Source: an uncultured SAR86 cluster bacterium (GTDB lineage Bacteria > Pseudomonadota > Gammaproteobacteria > Magnimaribacterales > D2472). From it: a stretch of 64,000 nucleotides of DNA. A program made the translations under genes and the position numbers. Numbering within the stretch: position 1 is the first letter of the stretch; each line of letters opens with the position of its first letter. The notes under the pieces are model-generated. The model saw only the letters and a list, made by a program, of their open reading frames with translations, was not told the origin of the DNA and did not search any database. Positions 41,415-52,023 of this stretch are shown piece by piece. The DNA is taken from the NCBI GenBank assembly GCA_943789005.1, contig CALSSL010000002.1, forward strand, positions 27,015 to 91,014, read 5' to 3'.

Positions 41415-42845
41415 TTATTTCATTTCTCCATTAATCTGATTTAATTGATTTTTTATATCAGCTGCTCTTTGTTCATTGATTTCATAATCACTCATTATAT
41501 AAATAGCGAAAAGTGTTCCCAGAACTGGTATTGTTGAGTAAGCAATTCTTAAACCGGTTAAAGCTCCATCGGGCTGCGAAGATGCATCAGGAGAAAAACC
41601 CACGTACCACATAATCAAACCAGATATAAGACCAGCTAATGCAGTTCCAAGCTTTACCATCCACCAGTATATAGCAGCAAAAGAGCCTTCTTTTCTTGGA
41701 AGACCATTTTGCAACTCTTCATAATCACAAGCATCAGATGTCATGCTCATCATCAAGGTGAATAAACCTCCAATTCCAAATGAAAAGAATGGTAATGCAT
41801 ATAAAAACATGTGAGGTTTTCCTGGAATAAACAAGAACCAAAATAAAATGTAGCCAATAACTGAGATACTTTGAGAGATAATAAAAGTTTCTTTTTTACC
41901 ATAAATTTGTGCCATTTTTGATACCAAAGGAATTACCAGAAAAGTTGTTACAAGTGCGCCGACGCTTCCGTGAAGCGTAGGCCATGGAATTGCAGCTGAG
42001 GCATCGCCAGAAAATAAGTAATGAACAATTATAAAAAATGAAAATGCAGCAATTGTTTGAAACGAGTTAAAAACTAAAAAAGTTGCTATGCAAAGCTTTC
42101 TAAATGGCACATTTTGAAATGCGTCCTTAAAGATAATAAAAATATTTGTAAAACTTTTACCGATGTTCTCTTTTGTTACAGGAACTAAATAATCATCATT
42201 TAGTGTTGATTTACTTTTAATAAAGATAGCAGGAACAATAGCCAACAAAGTACACATTATTCCAAATACAACAGAAAGTATTCTTGTTCCAGATGCTGGA
42301 TCTACAAAAATATTTGGATCATATATAATAATCCAGATCCATGGAGCAAGGACCCAAGCAAACTGACCTATGAATTGTGATACTGCCATAATTCTTGTTC
42401 TTTCATGGAAGTTTTCACTCATTTCATAACCCATAGCAACAAATGGGATTCCAAAAATTGTTATACCAACATAAAAAAGAAGATTAAATATTAAAAAGTA
42501 CCAAAAATTAAAAACCTGACCATTTTCTGGATATAGTTGCCAGGACAATATAAATGCAATTCCAGTCAGAATGCCTCCAAAAAAAACATACTGTCTTCTT
42601 TTTCCCCATTTTGATTTTGTATTATCTGAAATAAAACCCATCAATGGGTCAGTAATGGCATCGATGAATCTTGGTACAAAAGCAATAATTCCATATAGTA
42701 ATGGGTTAAAGCCTAAATCTTGAATTAAAACGACTATAAATATAGATAATAATGCAGGGAACAATTGATTTGCTAGCATCCCAAGACCAAAAGCAATTTT
42801 TTGTCCCATCGGAACGCTATTATTAATTTCTTCTACATTATTCAT
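41415..42845 (-). CDS. GPH-family (MelB-like) oligosaccharide:cation symporter
   Basis: DAITDPLMGFISDNTKSKWGKRR, YEMS..HERT, RKEG.FAAIYWW; start moved to ATG 42845 behind AGGGGG. Confidence 0.88.
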   Translation of the reverse strand: MNNVEEINNSVPMGQKIAFGLGMLANQLFPALLSIFIVVLIQDLGFNPLLYGIIAFVPRFIDAITDPLMGFISDNTKSKWGKRRQYVFFGGILTGIAFILSWQLYPENGQVFNFWYFLIFNLLFYVGITIFGIPFVAMGYEMSENFHERTRIMAVSQFIGQFAWVLAPWIWIIIYDPNIFVDPASGTRILSVVFGIMCTLLAIVPAIFIKSKSTLNDDYLVPVTKENIGKSFTNIFIIFKDAFQNVPFRKLCIATFLVFNSFQTIAAFSFFIIVHYLFSGDASAAIPWPTLHGSVGALVTTFLVIPLVSKMAQIYGKKETFIISQSISVIGYILFWFLFIPGKPHMFLYALPFFSFGIGGLFTLMMSMTSDACDYEELQNGLPRKEGSFAAIYWWMVKLGTALAGLISGLIMWYVGFSPDASSQPDGALTGLRIAYSTIPVLGTLFAIYIMSDYEINEQRAADIKNQLNQINGEMK

Positions 42846-42870
42846 ATGAACACCCCCTGTACTCATATAT

Positions 42871-43866
42871 TTATTTGATGTCAAAATTTACGTATGCATC
42901 TTTTATAACATCAAAGGTTATTTTTTTATTCCTATTAATATCTACTATTCCCCAATATTCTTCGTTTGCTGTGCCGTCATAAGGTGTACCGTCACTATTT
43001 GGTGCAGATCCACCAGTGTCTTGCTTCTCAGGATTTCCTGCTTTCCATAAACCATCAGTAAATTGAAAAATAAATGATCCAATATTCTTATCACTGTTCG
43101 ATAAAACTTTATCTAAAATAATTTTATTTGCATTAGCTTGAGCGATTTGATTTTCGCCTTGTGTGTACTTTTCTGTTGATTTAGTCATATAACTGTCAGC
43201 ACCTAACTCTGCAAAATACATAGGCTTGTCACTAATTGCTTTCCATTCGTTAAAGATTGATTCTGGCTCATCCCATCTGTAAACATTCATTCCCCAAACT
43301 TGAACGCTAGATGCAATACTAATTGCATCTTTGCTCGGCAAATCACCGTGAGCAGAAGATACCAATCTGTTAGGATCCTCAATTTGAATCATTCTGGATA
43401 CCAACTCCATTGCTTTGTACCAGTTATTGATATCACCACCAAACCATTGAGGATTGTAATTATATTCATTTCCAAGTTCCCACATAAGGATAGCTTCATG
43501 ATTTTTATATTTTTTTACATAGTCTATAAAAGTGCCTGAAACAATATCAAAACGCCCTTTTTGGTTATATCCAAAAGTTATTACAACTTTAATTCCACCA
43601 GCTTGAAGCTCATCAAGCACTTCAATATCATCAATAGGCTCATAAACCCTTAGTGTGTTAATTCCAGCTTCTTTTATTAGAATTAAGTCTTCTGTAAGAG
43701 ATTCAAAACTTCTTTTTGTTTTTCCAATTTTTACAGGATGATAGCAAATTCCTTTCATATAAAAGGGTTTTCCATCAACAATCATTTTATTGTCTTTAAT
43801 CTCAACTTCTATACCAAATGAAAAAATAGAAAAGATTAAAAAAGTAAATATAAAACTATTTTTCAT
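42871..43866 (-). CDS. Secreted clan GH-A glycoside hydrolase (GH2-TIM/GH158-like)
   Basis: Signal peptide, AGINTLRVY, WELGNE, AELG, EEYWG; exact family uncertain. Confidence 0.7.
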   Translation of the reverse strand: MKNSFIFTFLIFSIFSFGIEVEIKDNKMIVDGKPFYMKGICYHPVKIGKTKRSFESLTEDLILIKEAGINTLRVYEPIDDIEVLDELQAGGIKVVITFGYNQKGRFDIVSGTFIDYVKKYKNHEAILMWELGNEYNYNPQWFGGDINNWYKAMELVSRMIQIEDPNRLVSSAHGDLPSKDAISIASSVQVWGMNVYRWDEPESIFNEWKAISDKPMYFAELGADSYMTKSTEKYTQGENQIAQANANKIILDKVLSNSDKNIGSFIFQFTDGLWKAGNPEKQDTGGSAPNSDGTPYDGTANEEYWGIVDINRNKKITFDVIKDAYVNFDIK

Positions 43867-43868
43867 GA

Positions 43869-45119
43869 TTATTCCTCGTTAATTGTTATCGGCGGTATGT
43901 TTGAAGTCTCTAATAAAGCTTCTAAATCACCATTAAAAGTTTTTACTATTGGATTTCCGCCTCTAGACAAATTGTCAAATACTCCATCATCTACTTTGTC
44001 CCATAATGGAAATTTAGCTTTACCGTCTACTGTGAATAAACCAAAATGATTTTCAGAGCCATTCTCATTTGATGAGTCCTTCCATGGCTCATCAAATGCA
44101 GAGAAATAAAAACAAGTAATCATTCTAGATTCACACTCAGAAGTAATCATTTTGAAGTACAGCCCTAACTTATATTCATCAGCTGCTTCACTTCCCTCAT
44201 AGCCATACAGGTCAGAAGCAACACTTGACCAGCCCGTTTCTCCAATATGAACTTCTTTTGATGGATCAATTTTGTGAACATAATTTTGAACGCTTTCAAA
44301 TTGATTCATTTCATAATCAATAGCTCTTTGCATGGCGTCATGAATAACTTTTTTCTTATCTTGATTTTCATCGTATTCATCTAGATTCCAAAAACTAGGA
44401 TTGTAATGAGTATCATGAAAGGCATACGTATGCATTGATATAAAATCAACTGATCTAATGAGTTCATTTAGATCTTCGTTGTGATAGTCTGCAGAGCCAC
44501 CACCCCAAGATGCAAAGTTATCTGAACTTGTAATCCAAATATCACTATTTAGTTCACCTCTAGCTTTTAAAGCTTGTAAATATTTTACCCACCCTAAAAT
44601 AAATTTGGGAGGCAGCCAATAACCCCAAGCCCAATGAACCATTGCCTCATTCCCAACGGCTATTATTTTTACAATTTCAGGATATTCTTGCGCAAGTCTT
44701 ATTGCTTCATTTATCTCAAATTTGTTTCCCTCATAGTCTTCTTTAGAATTTATAGGCTTTTCTGTAAAGGCATCTTTAGATTGAATCCATGCTCCAAGCA
44801 TTACATACATCTCAAAATTATTATCTACTTGTTTTATTTCTCTAATTGCTTTGAGTGTGTTTTCAGCAAAAGGATGATGCAAATCATAAGTTCTAAAGAC
44901 TCTAAACCCTTGAGCATGCATTATATAAAGATCTTCTTTAATTTCATTTATTGAAGGTTGTTCCTGTCTAGATTTTGCTCTATATCCACCGTATGAGATT
45001 GCAGGATATTCAGGGTTGCCTATAAATTCTTTCGCACTCTTGTTCATACTCAAGTCTCCAGATTCGCTACAAGAAACTAATAAAAATGAAGTAATAATAA
45101 AAAATCTTATTTTTTTCAT
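43869..45119 (-). CDS. GH17 beta-1,3-glucanase, lipoprotein
   Basis: Lipobox LVSC, AISYGGYR, AVGNE, IGETGW, FSAFDEPWK, SENHFGL. Confidence 0.88.
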   Translation of the reverse strand: MKKIRFFIITSFLLVSCSESGDLSMNKSAKEFIGNPEYPAISYGGYRAKSRQEQPSINEIKEDLYIMHAQGFRVFRTYDLHHPFAENTLKAIREIKQVDNNFEMYVMLGAWIQSKDAFTEKPINSKEDYEGNKFEINEAIRLAQEYPEIVKIIAVGNEAMVHWAWGYWLPPKFILGWVKYLQALKARGELNSDIWITSSDNFASWGGGSADYHNEDLNELIRSVDFISMHTYAFHDTHYNPSFWNLDEYDENQDKKKVIHDAMQRAIDYEMNQFESVQNYVHKIDPSKEVHIGETGWSSVASDLYGYEGSEAADEYKLGLYFKMITSECESRMITCFYFSAFDEPWKDSSNENGSENHFGLFTVDGKAKFPLWDKVDDGVFDNLSRGGNPIVKTFNGDLEALLETSNIPPITINEE

Positions 45120-48100
45120 TTCATAACATTTACATATATAGCGTTGATTAAATTTGTTCTATTAAAAATACTTTGTGAGCTTTCAATATCTAACTCATGA
45201 CCATTAATTAGTTTTTCAGTATTATCTTTGTATGAAATTTTAATGTCCTCTATGTCAGATAGACTATAAATTATTGGAACTTGACAAATTGTGTATGCTA
45301 AAGAATTTATAGGTAATTCAAGATAATTAATATCATGTTCTAAATTTACAAATTTAAAAGATTTTTCTTCAGACATGAATTCAGTTTTTCGCAATAAGGT
45401 TGGTTCGAAGGTAATTTTGCCTTCATTAACAAAAAACCCTAATTCATAAAATCTACTTACAATATCTTCTTTTACCTGACCTGTCATACCAGGTTGCTGA
45501 ACACCCCTTCCCCTAGGTGTATGTGAGTACGGGTCTGTAGGAAAAGCTCCATATAATTCAGGCGATTTATTGACTCCAATTCCTTCATTAATTTCAAAAT
45601 AATGATCAAAAAATCTCCCAATAATTTTTGAATCACTTTTTTTGGAGATAGATTTTTGAGTAACCTCTGCAGAAGCTAATAGCAGTTTTGAAACCATATG
45701 CCAGTAGATTGATCCCAATCCTTCATATCCATAGAAAGTTCCAGACCTTCCTGTAAAGGATTTATGATCAAAGACATGTTCAAATATGTCTAAAATAATA
45801 TCTTTTTCCTCTTGTAATAAAGATTGATACTTTTCCGGTAGCTTCTCAAGCTCATCTTGTAATGATCCAGCATTATGAAATAACCCATTGAAATGATATT
45901 TTGCATTAATATCTTTTTCTATAATTTGATTATTACCGTCTTTAACTAGCTCATGAAGCAAGGACGATCTATTGAATTCCTTTTCAGGAATAATATTCTT
46001 GTCTAAAAACCCTAATAATTCTTTGTTTGGATAAAGAATATAACTATATTGATCATCCCAAAATAAATCACTATCTTTTAAGCTATCTAAAACAGATAAA
46101 CTTTCTTCTTCAGAAAGATAACCAGAGCTTAAAACACCCACTTGACCTTCAAGCATCTCAGAAAGTCTATCAATAGTAATTTCTTGATCACCAAGATTTA
46201 CAAGATTATAAGCATGATAAAGACCATCTTCTCTTTTATTGGTTTCAATTGATTTCTCTAAGGCATTGATAGCTATTTCAAAAAAGTGAATTATTCGAGA
46301 TTTATCTAATGATTCTTTGGTACCAGAAAAATAAGAAGTATAAATTCTATCCCTGTACTCAGCTGCAACCTCTCCAATGTCATCAACAAATCTTTTACGA
46401 TCTTTATGATTTAAATTTAAATCTAATGCACTAAATGATGTATTTAATTTTTCAAAAAAATGAAATAGTTCAGTTGATATTTCAAATGAAGAAGATGAAT
46501 TCTTTTCAAGTACATTTTTAAAAAAGCTTAGAAAACGTCTTAAATAATAAAGGGTTACCATTGAAACACCATTCCCAACAAGAGCATTATTGGCATCATT
46601 CCATTCTGGTCTTTGTGTGTTCATCCAAATGCCTGCACCAGGTATAAAATTTGATAACTTTGCTAGGACTGTAGTCAATATTTTTTCAAGAAAATTAACT
46701 TCATGAATTAATCCTTGATAATTCTTTAAAATAGCCCCATCTGCTCCCTCATTAATCCTATCTCTTTCAATTTTCTCTGCTAACTTAAAATTAAAATCTA
46801 TAGTATTTTTTGGGTCAGCATAAATGGACTTATAGTCCTTGATTTCATAAGGGACATTTGCATATACAAAATCATTTTTGCTAAGAAATGAATCAAGCCT
46901 TTGAGGAAAATAGTTTTCAGAAAATTCTAAGAATTTTAATAAATAAATAATTTGATGGTCACCCCAGTAACCAATGTAAGACCAAGGATTATCTGGTTCA
47001 ATAGTCTCCCAATCAAATCCATCTTTTGTGAGCCTGTAAGGGTTATATCCATCAAAGGTAGAAGCATTTAGAAATCTATATATCATCCCATCAATAAATT
47101 GAGGATAAGAGTATGCTAATGCTTCCCAATTTTGAAATATATCTCTCCAATTACCCTGATAATCAAGAACCTTTTCACCCGTTGCATCATCACGTGTATT
47201 GATAGAAAATTTATTCCACGGTCTGCTTGGATCTCCATGCCTTCTGCTGAATTTGATTGGTAAATATTCTGTAGCAAGTCTTTTAAGGACATTAGACTTT
47301 AAGGCACTTGTTGCATCTCGTAAAAAGTTTAAATCAAAATTATCTGGCCATTCAGCAAAAGTAGGTGTCATATCCTTGCTGAGTTTTTTATTAGCATTAC
47401 CTATATATTTAATAAAATCATCTTTTTCAATAATATAATCTCTATCAAATATCCCTCCCCTCATGATATTAAAAAGTGTATTTGCAAAATGTCTTATATT
47501 TCTTCTTCTGTCAGTTGAGAGCTGAATGCCATCTGAAGAACCTACGAGTTTATAAAGATCATTTGATGAATTGAGTATTTCTTTCTTTATTTCTTGAATT
47601 AGATTGTTATTAGTAATAATTTCATTCTTTAAGGTAGCGATATCTGAAGAAGATTTATTGATATCTGCTGCAAACAACCATTCTTTTTTTTCATTCTGTT
47701 CTAAAGAAAAGTCTGAATTTATAAAATAAGCACCTCTTTCAGCCTTAATATCAAGCTCTTCTAGTACCTGATGACCTTTTCTAAATTTATCTAGCTGATT
47801 TGATGACAGTAAAACCTTATTGCTTTCTAAACCAAGATGAAATACTACATTTGATTTTAATGCCTCACTTGGTTCTGCGCGGTCAACTATGGTTGCGCTC
47901 AGAGCATAAATTCCTATTTTTGAATCAAAATCTAGTTCATTTCTTTTGTATGCATCTGCTAAATTACTTGTGCTGCTTTGTATGCCCTCATTAAGGCCCC
48001 AAGGTAATATATTTTGAAACCCATCTAAGATGGATAATGATAGATTTTGTTCGCTTAAATTCTTTATTGAAGATGTTTTTATAAAACCGTATTTATCGCA

Positions 48101-48562
48101 AGTAGACCATTGATATGAAAATTTAATACCCAGATCATGATTTATTTCTTCAAAAATTATTTTATTACCCCTGAGGTTTTTATAAAGATTTCTTTCATTT
48201 CTATAAACAAGATCACAAGATTTTGTAAAAGGTTCCCATAAATAGGTTTTATCATTTTTGTTCACATGAAATATAGATTTATTTCCAGTAACCTCGAATG
48301 ATTCTGATATTTTGTCATCTGTATAGTATGGGAATAAAGCGTTATTGCTATTTTTTCTTCCTGCGCTCAGTGCACCAGTAGATGAAATAAATAACCAATG
48401 ATCATAAGCACTCACAATGCTCATAAAAAAAGGTCTCATTTTATTTACATTTGAGATCTTATAAAAGTTCTCATGCTCAATAACTACCTCTTTTCCAGAT
48501 ATTTCAAGATCTGATGAATTAATAAGATTATCACCAAGATATAATTCTTTTTTGTTGCTCAT
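45116..48562 (-). CDS. GH149 beta-1,3-glucan phosphorylase
   Basis: 1148 aa; FSRRHGDPSRPWNKF, YQGNWRDIFQNWEAL, YEGLGSIYWHMVSKL, YGAFPTDPYSHTP, QQPGMTGQVKE. Confidence 0.88.
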   Translation of the reverse strand: MSNKKELYLGDNLINSSDLEISGKEVVIEHENFYKISNVNKMRPFFMSIVSAYDHWLFISSTGALSAGRKNSNNALFPYYTDDKISESFEVTGNKSIFHVNKNDKTYLWEPFTKSCDLVYRNERNLYKNLRGNKIIFEEINHDLGIKFSYQWSTCDKYGFIKTSSIKNLSEQNLSLSILDGFQNILPWGLNEGIQSSTSNLADAYKRNELDFDSKIGIYALSATIVDRAEPSEALKSNVVFHLGLESNKVLLSSNQLDKFRKGHQVLEELDIKAERGAYFINSDFSLEQNEKKEWLFAADINKSSSDIATLKNEIITNNNLIQEIKKEILNSSNDLYKLVGSSDGIQLSTDRRRNIRHFANTLFNIMRGGIFDRDYIIEKDDFIKYIGNANKKLSKDMTPTFAEWPDNFDLNFLRDATSALKSNVLKRLATEYLPIKFSRRHGDPSRPWNKFSINTRDDATGEKVLDYQGNWRDIFQNWEALAYSYPQFIDGMIYRFLNASTFDGYNPYRLTKDGFDWETIEPDNPWSYIGYWGDHQIIYLLKFLEFSENYFPQRLDSFLSKNDFVYANVPYEIKDYKSIYADPKNTIDFNFKLAEKIERDRINEGADGAILKNYQGLIHEVNFLEKILTTVLAKLSNFIPGAGIWMNTQRPEWNDANNALVGNGVSMVTLYYLRRFLSFFKNVLEKNSSSSFEISTELFHFFEKLNTSFSALDLNLNHKDRKRFVDDIGEVAAEYRDRIYTSYFSGTKESLDKSRIIHFFEIAINALEKSIETNKREDGLYHAYNLVNLGDQEITIDRLSEMLEGQVGVLSSGYLSEEESLSVLDSLKDSDLFWDDQYSYILYPNKELLGFLDKNIIPEKEFNRSSLLHELVKDGNNQIIEKDINAKYHFNGLFHNAGSLQDELEKLPEKYQSLLQEEKDIILDIFEHVFDHKSFTGRSGTFYGYEGLGSIYWHMVSKLLLASAEVTQKSISKKSDSKIIGRFFDHYFEINEGIGVNKSPELYGAFPTDPYSHTPRGRGVQQPGMTGQVKEDIVSRFYELGFFVNEGKITFEPTLLRKTEFMSEEKSFKFVNLEHDINYLELPINSLAYTICQVPIIYSLSDIEDIKISYKDNTEKLINGHELDIESSQSIFNRTNLINAIYVNVMK

Positions 48563-48569
48563 AATTTAA

Positions 48570-49487
48570 TTAAGCCTTATTTATACTTTTTTTATAGAAG
48601 TTCAAATTTCCATGAAGACAAGCATGCTCTTTTTCAATAATACCAATTTTAACCATTTCTAGTATTTGTAAATGGACTAATTTCTTGTCACCATAAAAAT
48701 TTTCAATAAATTTATCTTTGTCCATTATTTGAAAAATAGATCTAATCAATCCTCCAGCAATATATATTCCTTTACCTGCGATAAAAGTAAGCGCCATATC
48801 TGAGATGGTTTCAGCCAAAGATTTAATAAAGCCGTCGATTACAAAATTAATCATCTCATCATCACTGCCATATCTTTGAACAATATCTTCTGAGGTTAAT
48901 CTAGTGCCTGTCTTATATTCATAAATATCTGAAATTGCCTTTCCTGACAAAACATCTTCCAAGGTTCTAAAGTGATCATCATTATCAATTGCATAATTTT
49001 TTAACAAAGCTTTAGTTAGGCCTGTTGTATTACCAATCTCTGTAGGAATTACATTATCATTGCCAATTAACAGAGCAGCCCCAAGACCTGTTCCTGGACC
49101 AATAAAAAAACTATTATCATTGAACTCAGTGCCTTCTTTGATAATAGCTATGTCAGACTCATCATAAGCAGCCAAGCTATACCCAATGGATTCCCAATCA
49201 TTTAACAAATGACAAGTTTTAAATTGAAATGAATTTTTTATATCTTCCTCATTAATTGAGAAGTCTCTATTGGTCATTGTGATTGAGCCTTTTATTTTTG
49301 GTCCAGCAACAGAAATGACTAAAGCATCGACATTTTTACCTTTAGTTAAATTAGTTAGTATTTCATTAAAGCCTTTAATGCATGATAGCTGAATCTTATT
49401 TGTATCTTTTATTGTAGAAAAATCTCCGTCAGAGTATGCGTATCTTAAATTGGTGCCACCAATATCAATTAATAAAACTTTATTCAT
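48570..49487 (-). CDS. glk: Glucokinase
   Basis: DIGGTNLR, VAGP, LLNDW, GPGTGLG, EDVLSG, IYIAGG. Confidence 0.88.
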   Translation of the reverse strand: MNKVLLIDIGGTNLRYAYSDGDFSTIKDTNKIQLSCIKGFNEILTNLTKGKNVDALVISVAGPKIKGSITMTNRDFSINEEDIKNSFQFKTCHLLNDWESIGYSLAAYDESDIAIIKEGTEFNDNSFFIGPGTGLGAALLIGNDNVIPTEIGNTTGLTKALLKNYAIDNDDHFRTLEDVLSGKAISDIYEYKTGTRLTSEDIVQRYGSDDEMINFVIDGFIKSLAETISDMALTFIAGKGIYIAGGLIRSIFQIMDKDKFIENFYGDKKLVHLQILEMVKIGIIEKEHACLHGNLNFYKKSINKA

Positions 49488-52017
49488 AATGCTCGGAATA
49501 CAATTTACAGGCTTTTGGTGCCTGGTTATTTTTATATTTAATTGAGTGTATATCGATAACCCAATTACCTCTAGTTGCTAATTTTGCTCTTGAAGTTATT
49601 GTCGATAGTTCAAAATCTTTATTATCTAAACAACTCAGTGGCATGATTATTTTTTTCCAATTATTAGGCTGATCGTTTAATAATTCAGATAAATCAAATG
49701 ATTTATAGCATTCTTTTGATTCTGTTAAATTGATTTGATTTTGATTCTTATAGCACTGCAAGCTCAGTTCTATCTTTTGGTCTGATGAAGAGCTCACTTT
49801 CATAATTAACTCAAGATAGCCATTTATCATATAAGATAAATCTTCACTTGAGCCACTTGATATCTCCCAAAATTTATAGATATCATTTGTACCAAAATTA
49901 ATTCTTTTAGCATCATCTTGTTTTTTAAAATCAAATTTAGAGATTCTTATCCCTGCTTTTTCATTCTTATAAATATCTGCGCTAATACCTTCGTATATTT
50001 GCTCTTGTTTCTCAGAATCAAAATATGAAATAATTTCTTTATATGAAGGATAAGCAGAGCCCACGAATAAAGTAATTTCATCTTTTTGAGGAACATCTTC
50101 ATTGACAGTTATTATATCTGTGTAGAGGTTATCAGAATAACTTAAGCCATAACCATAAGGGAAAAGTGGATCATAGTTTTGATCACTGAAATTTAATTTA
50201 GTTTGATATGAATATTGTGGCCATGAGTATGATAATTTTCCTTTAAAGTCATGATTTACTTCATTATTTTTATTAGTGAAGATAACATCGGTTACACCCT
50301 CTATAGCGGATCCTGGTAACCATAGCTGAACAAAAGAATCGGATAAATTAATTTCTTTATTGATAATTAAAGGTCTTCCAGAAATAAATAGAGATACAGA
50401 CGGAATTTTTTGGTTTTTTATCTCTTCCATATAGCCGATGAAGTTTTTATCCTGATTTTCATAAAAGATATGCTTTCTATCACCATCACCTTCTGCATAT
50501 GGATCTTCACCATATACAAAAATAACTAAATCAGGTTTTTTTTCATAATTAGAATTTAAAGAATATTCAACGCTCCCTCCATTACTTTCAGCTTTTAATT
50601 TGATAGCCTCATAAATACTTCTTGAATTAGGGAAATCTCTGTTTGCATTTTCTCTGCCTTGCCATGTGATTGTCCATCCACCCATATGTTTAGTAATTTT
50701 TTTTGCTGAGTTACCAACAACTAAAATGTGTTTTTGGTTTTTTATTGGTAATGTATTGTTATTATTTTTAAGGAGAACTATTGATTCTCTAACAGCTTGT
50801 CTTGCTATTTCTCGATGACTATCAATACCTACATAATTTTGATCATAATTATGAGGCTCTCTCCCATCAAACATCCCTAAGAGGTATTTAACTGACAAGA
50901 TATTCTTTACAGCCTCATCTAGTCTTTGAGGAGAAATAGTCCTATTTCTTGCTTGCTCTAAAGTATTTTTGTAAAGCGGCTTCCATTCATCAGGTGCCAT
51001 AAAAATATCAACGCCAGCATTAAAAGATTTTGGACAGTTTTCTTTAGAGCATCCAGGGACTTGACCATGACCGTTCCAATCACCAACGACCAAGCCATTA
51101 AAACCCATCTGCTTTCTTAAAACATCTTGCAAAAGATAATTACTCCCATGAGCTTTTTCTCCATTCCATGAATTAAAGCTCGCCATAACTGTCTGTATGC
51201 ATGAATTAATTGCAGCAAAATATGGCTTGCCATGAATATCTCTTAATTCTTGCTCACTAAGAATTGTGTTACCTTGATCAACGCCATTTTTAGTCCCGCC
51301 ATCACCTAAAAAATGTTTAGCTGTTGCCAGAACATGGTTGTTATCTAAAAATTCATCTCCTTCTCCTTGGAGTCCAAGAATCATTGCTTCTCCAAGTTTG
51401 GATACTAAATCTGGGTTTTCGGAATAGCCTTCATAAGTTCTTCCCCAAAGATCATTTTGAGGAACTGCAATTGTGGGTGCAAACGTCCAAGGTATTCCAG
51501 TTGATAGAATTTCTTTTGCCACAACCTCACCAATTTTCTTAATTAGATCAGGATTCATTGTTGAACCAAGGCCAATATTATGTGGAAAAATTGTTGCTCC
51601 AATGACGTTATTGTGACCATGTACAGCGTCGGTACCCCATAAAATAGGAACTTTAATTTCATCCACTACAGGAGACGCCTCATAAAACTCTTTACTTAGC
51701 TTTTTCCAATCTTCTACTGAACTGTTCTTGTTTTTATTAGGAAATTTTCCACCACCATTTAAAAAGGTTCCTAATTGATAATCTTTAGCTTCTTTGGGTG
51801 TAACCTCATCAATATCAGGCATAATAATTTGCCCAACTTTTTGTTCTAAGGTCATATTTTTTATAATATTATCAATAAATTCATTATCAATTGAAACTGA
51901 GCAGGTATTTTCATTGGTCCAATCTACACTATTATCGTTAATAATATTTTCAACATCTTGGTTATTACAAGATGTTATTAATAATATAGAAGTAAATATG
52001 TAAAATATTTTAATCAT
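49480..52017 (-). CDS. GH3 exo-1,3/1,4-beta-glucan glucohydrolase, lipoprotein with C-terminal beta-sandwich domain
   Basis: Lipobox ITSC, GTDAVHGH, WGRTYEG, AKHFLGDGGT, VVGDW, GEDPYAEG. Confidence 0.92.
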   Translation of the reverse strand: MIKIFYIFTSILLITSCNNQDVENIINDNSVDWTNENTCSVSIDNEFIDNIIKNMTLEQKVGQIIMPDIDEVTPKEAKDYQLGTFLNGGGKFPNKNKNSSVEDWKKLSKEFYEASPVVDEIKVPILWGTDAVHGHNNVIGATIFPHNIGLGSTMNPDLIKKIGEVVAKEILSTGIPWTFAPTIAVPQNDLWGRTYEGYSENPDLVSKLGEAMILGLQGEGDEFLDNNHVLATAKHFLGDGGTKNGVDQGNTILSEQELRDIHGKPYFAAINSCIQTVMASFNSWNGEKAHGSNYLLQDVLRKQMGFNGLVVGDWNGHGQVPGCSKENCPKSFNAGVDIFMAPDEWKPLYKNTLEQARNRTISPQRLDEAVKNILSVKYLLGMFDGREPHNYDQNYVGIDSHREIARQAVRESIVLLKNNNNTLPIKNQKHILVVGNSAKKITKHMGGWTITWQGRENANRDFPNSRSIYEAIKLKAESNGGSVEYSLNSNYEKKPDLVIFVYGEDPYAEGDGDRKHIFYENQDKNFIGYMEEIKNQKIPSVSLFISGRPLIINKEINLSDSFVQLWLPGSAIEGVTDVIFTNKNNEVNHDFKGKLSYSWPQYSYQTKLNFSDQNYDPLFPYGYGLSYSDNLYTDIITVNEDVPQKDEITLFVGSAYPSYKEIISYFDSEKQEQIYEGISADIYKNEKAGIRISKFDFKKQDDAKRINFGTNDIYKFWEISSGSSEDLSYMINGYLELIMKVSSSSDQKIELSLQCYKNQNQINLTESKECYKSFDLSELLNDQPNNWKKIIMPLSCLDNKDFELSTITSRAKLATRGNWVIDIHSIKYKNNQAPKACKLYSEHYE

Positions 52018-52023
52018 ATATTC

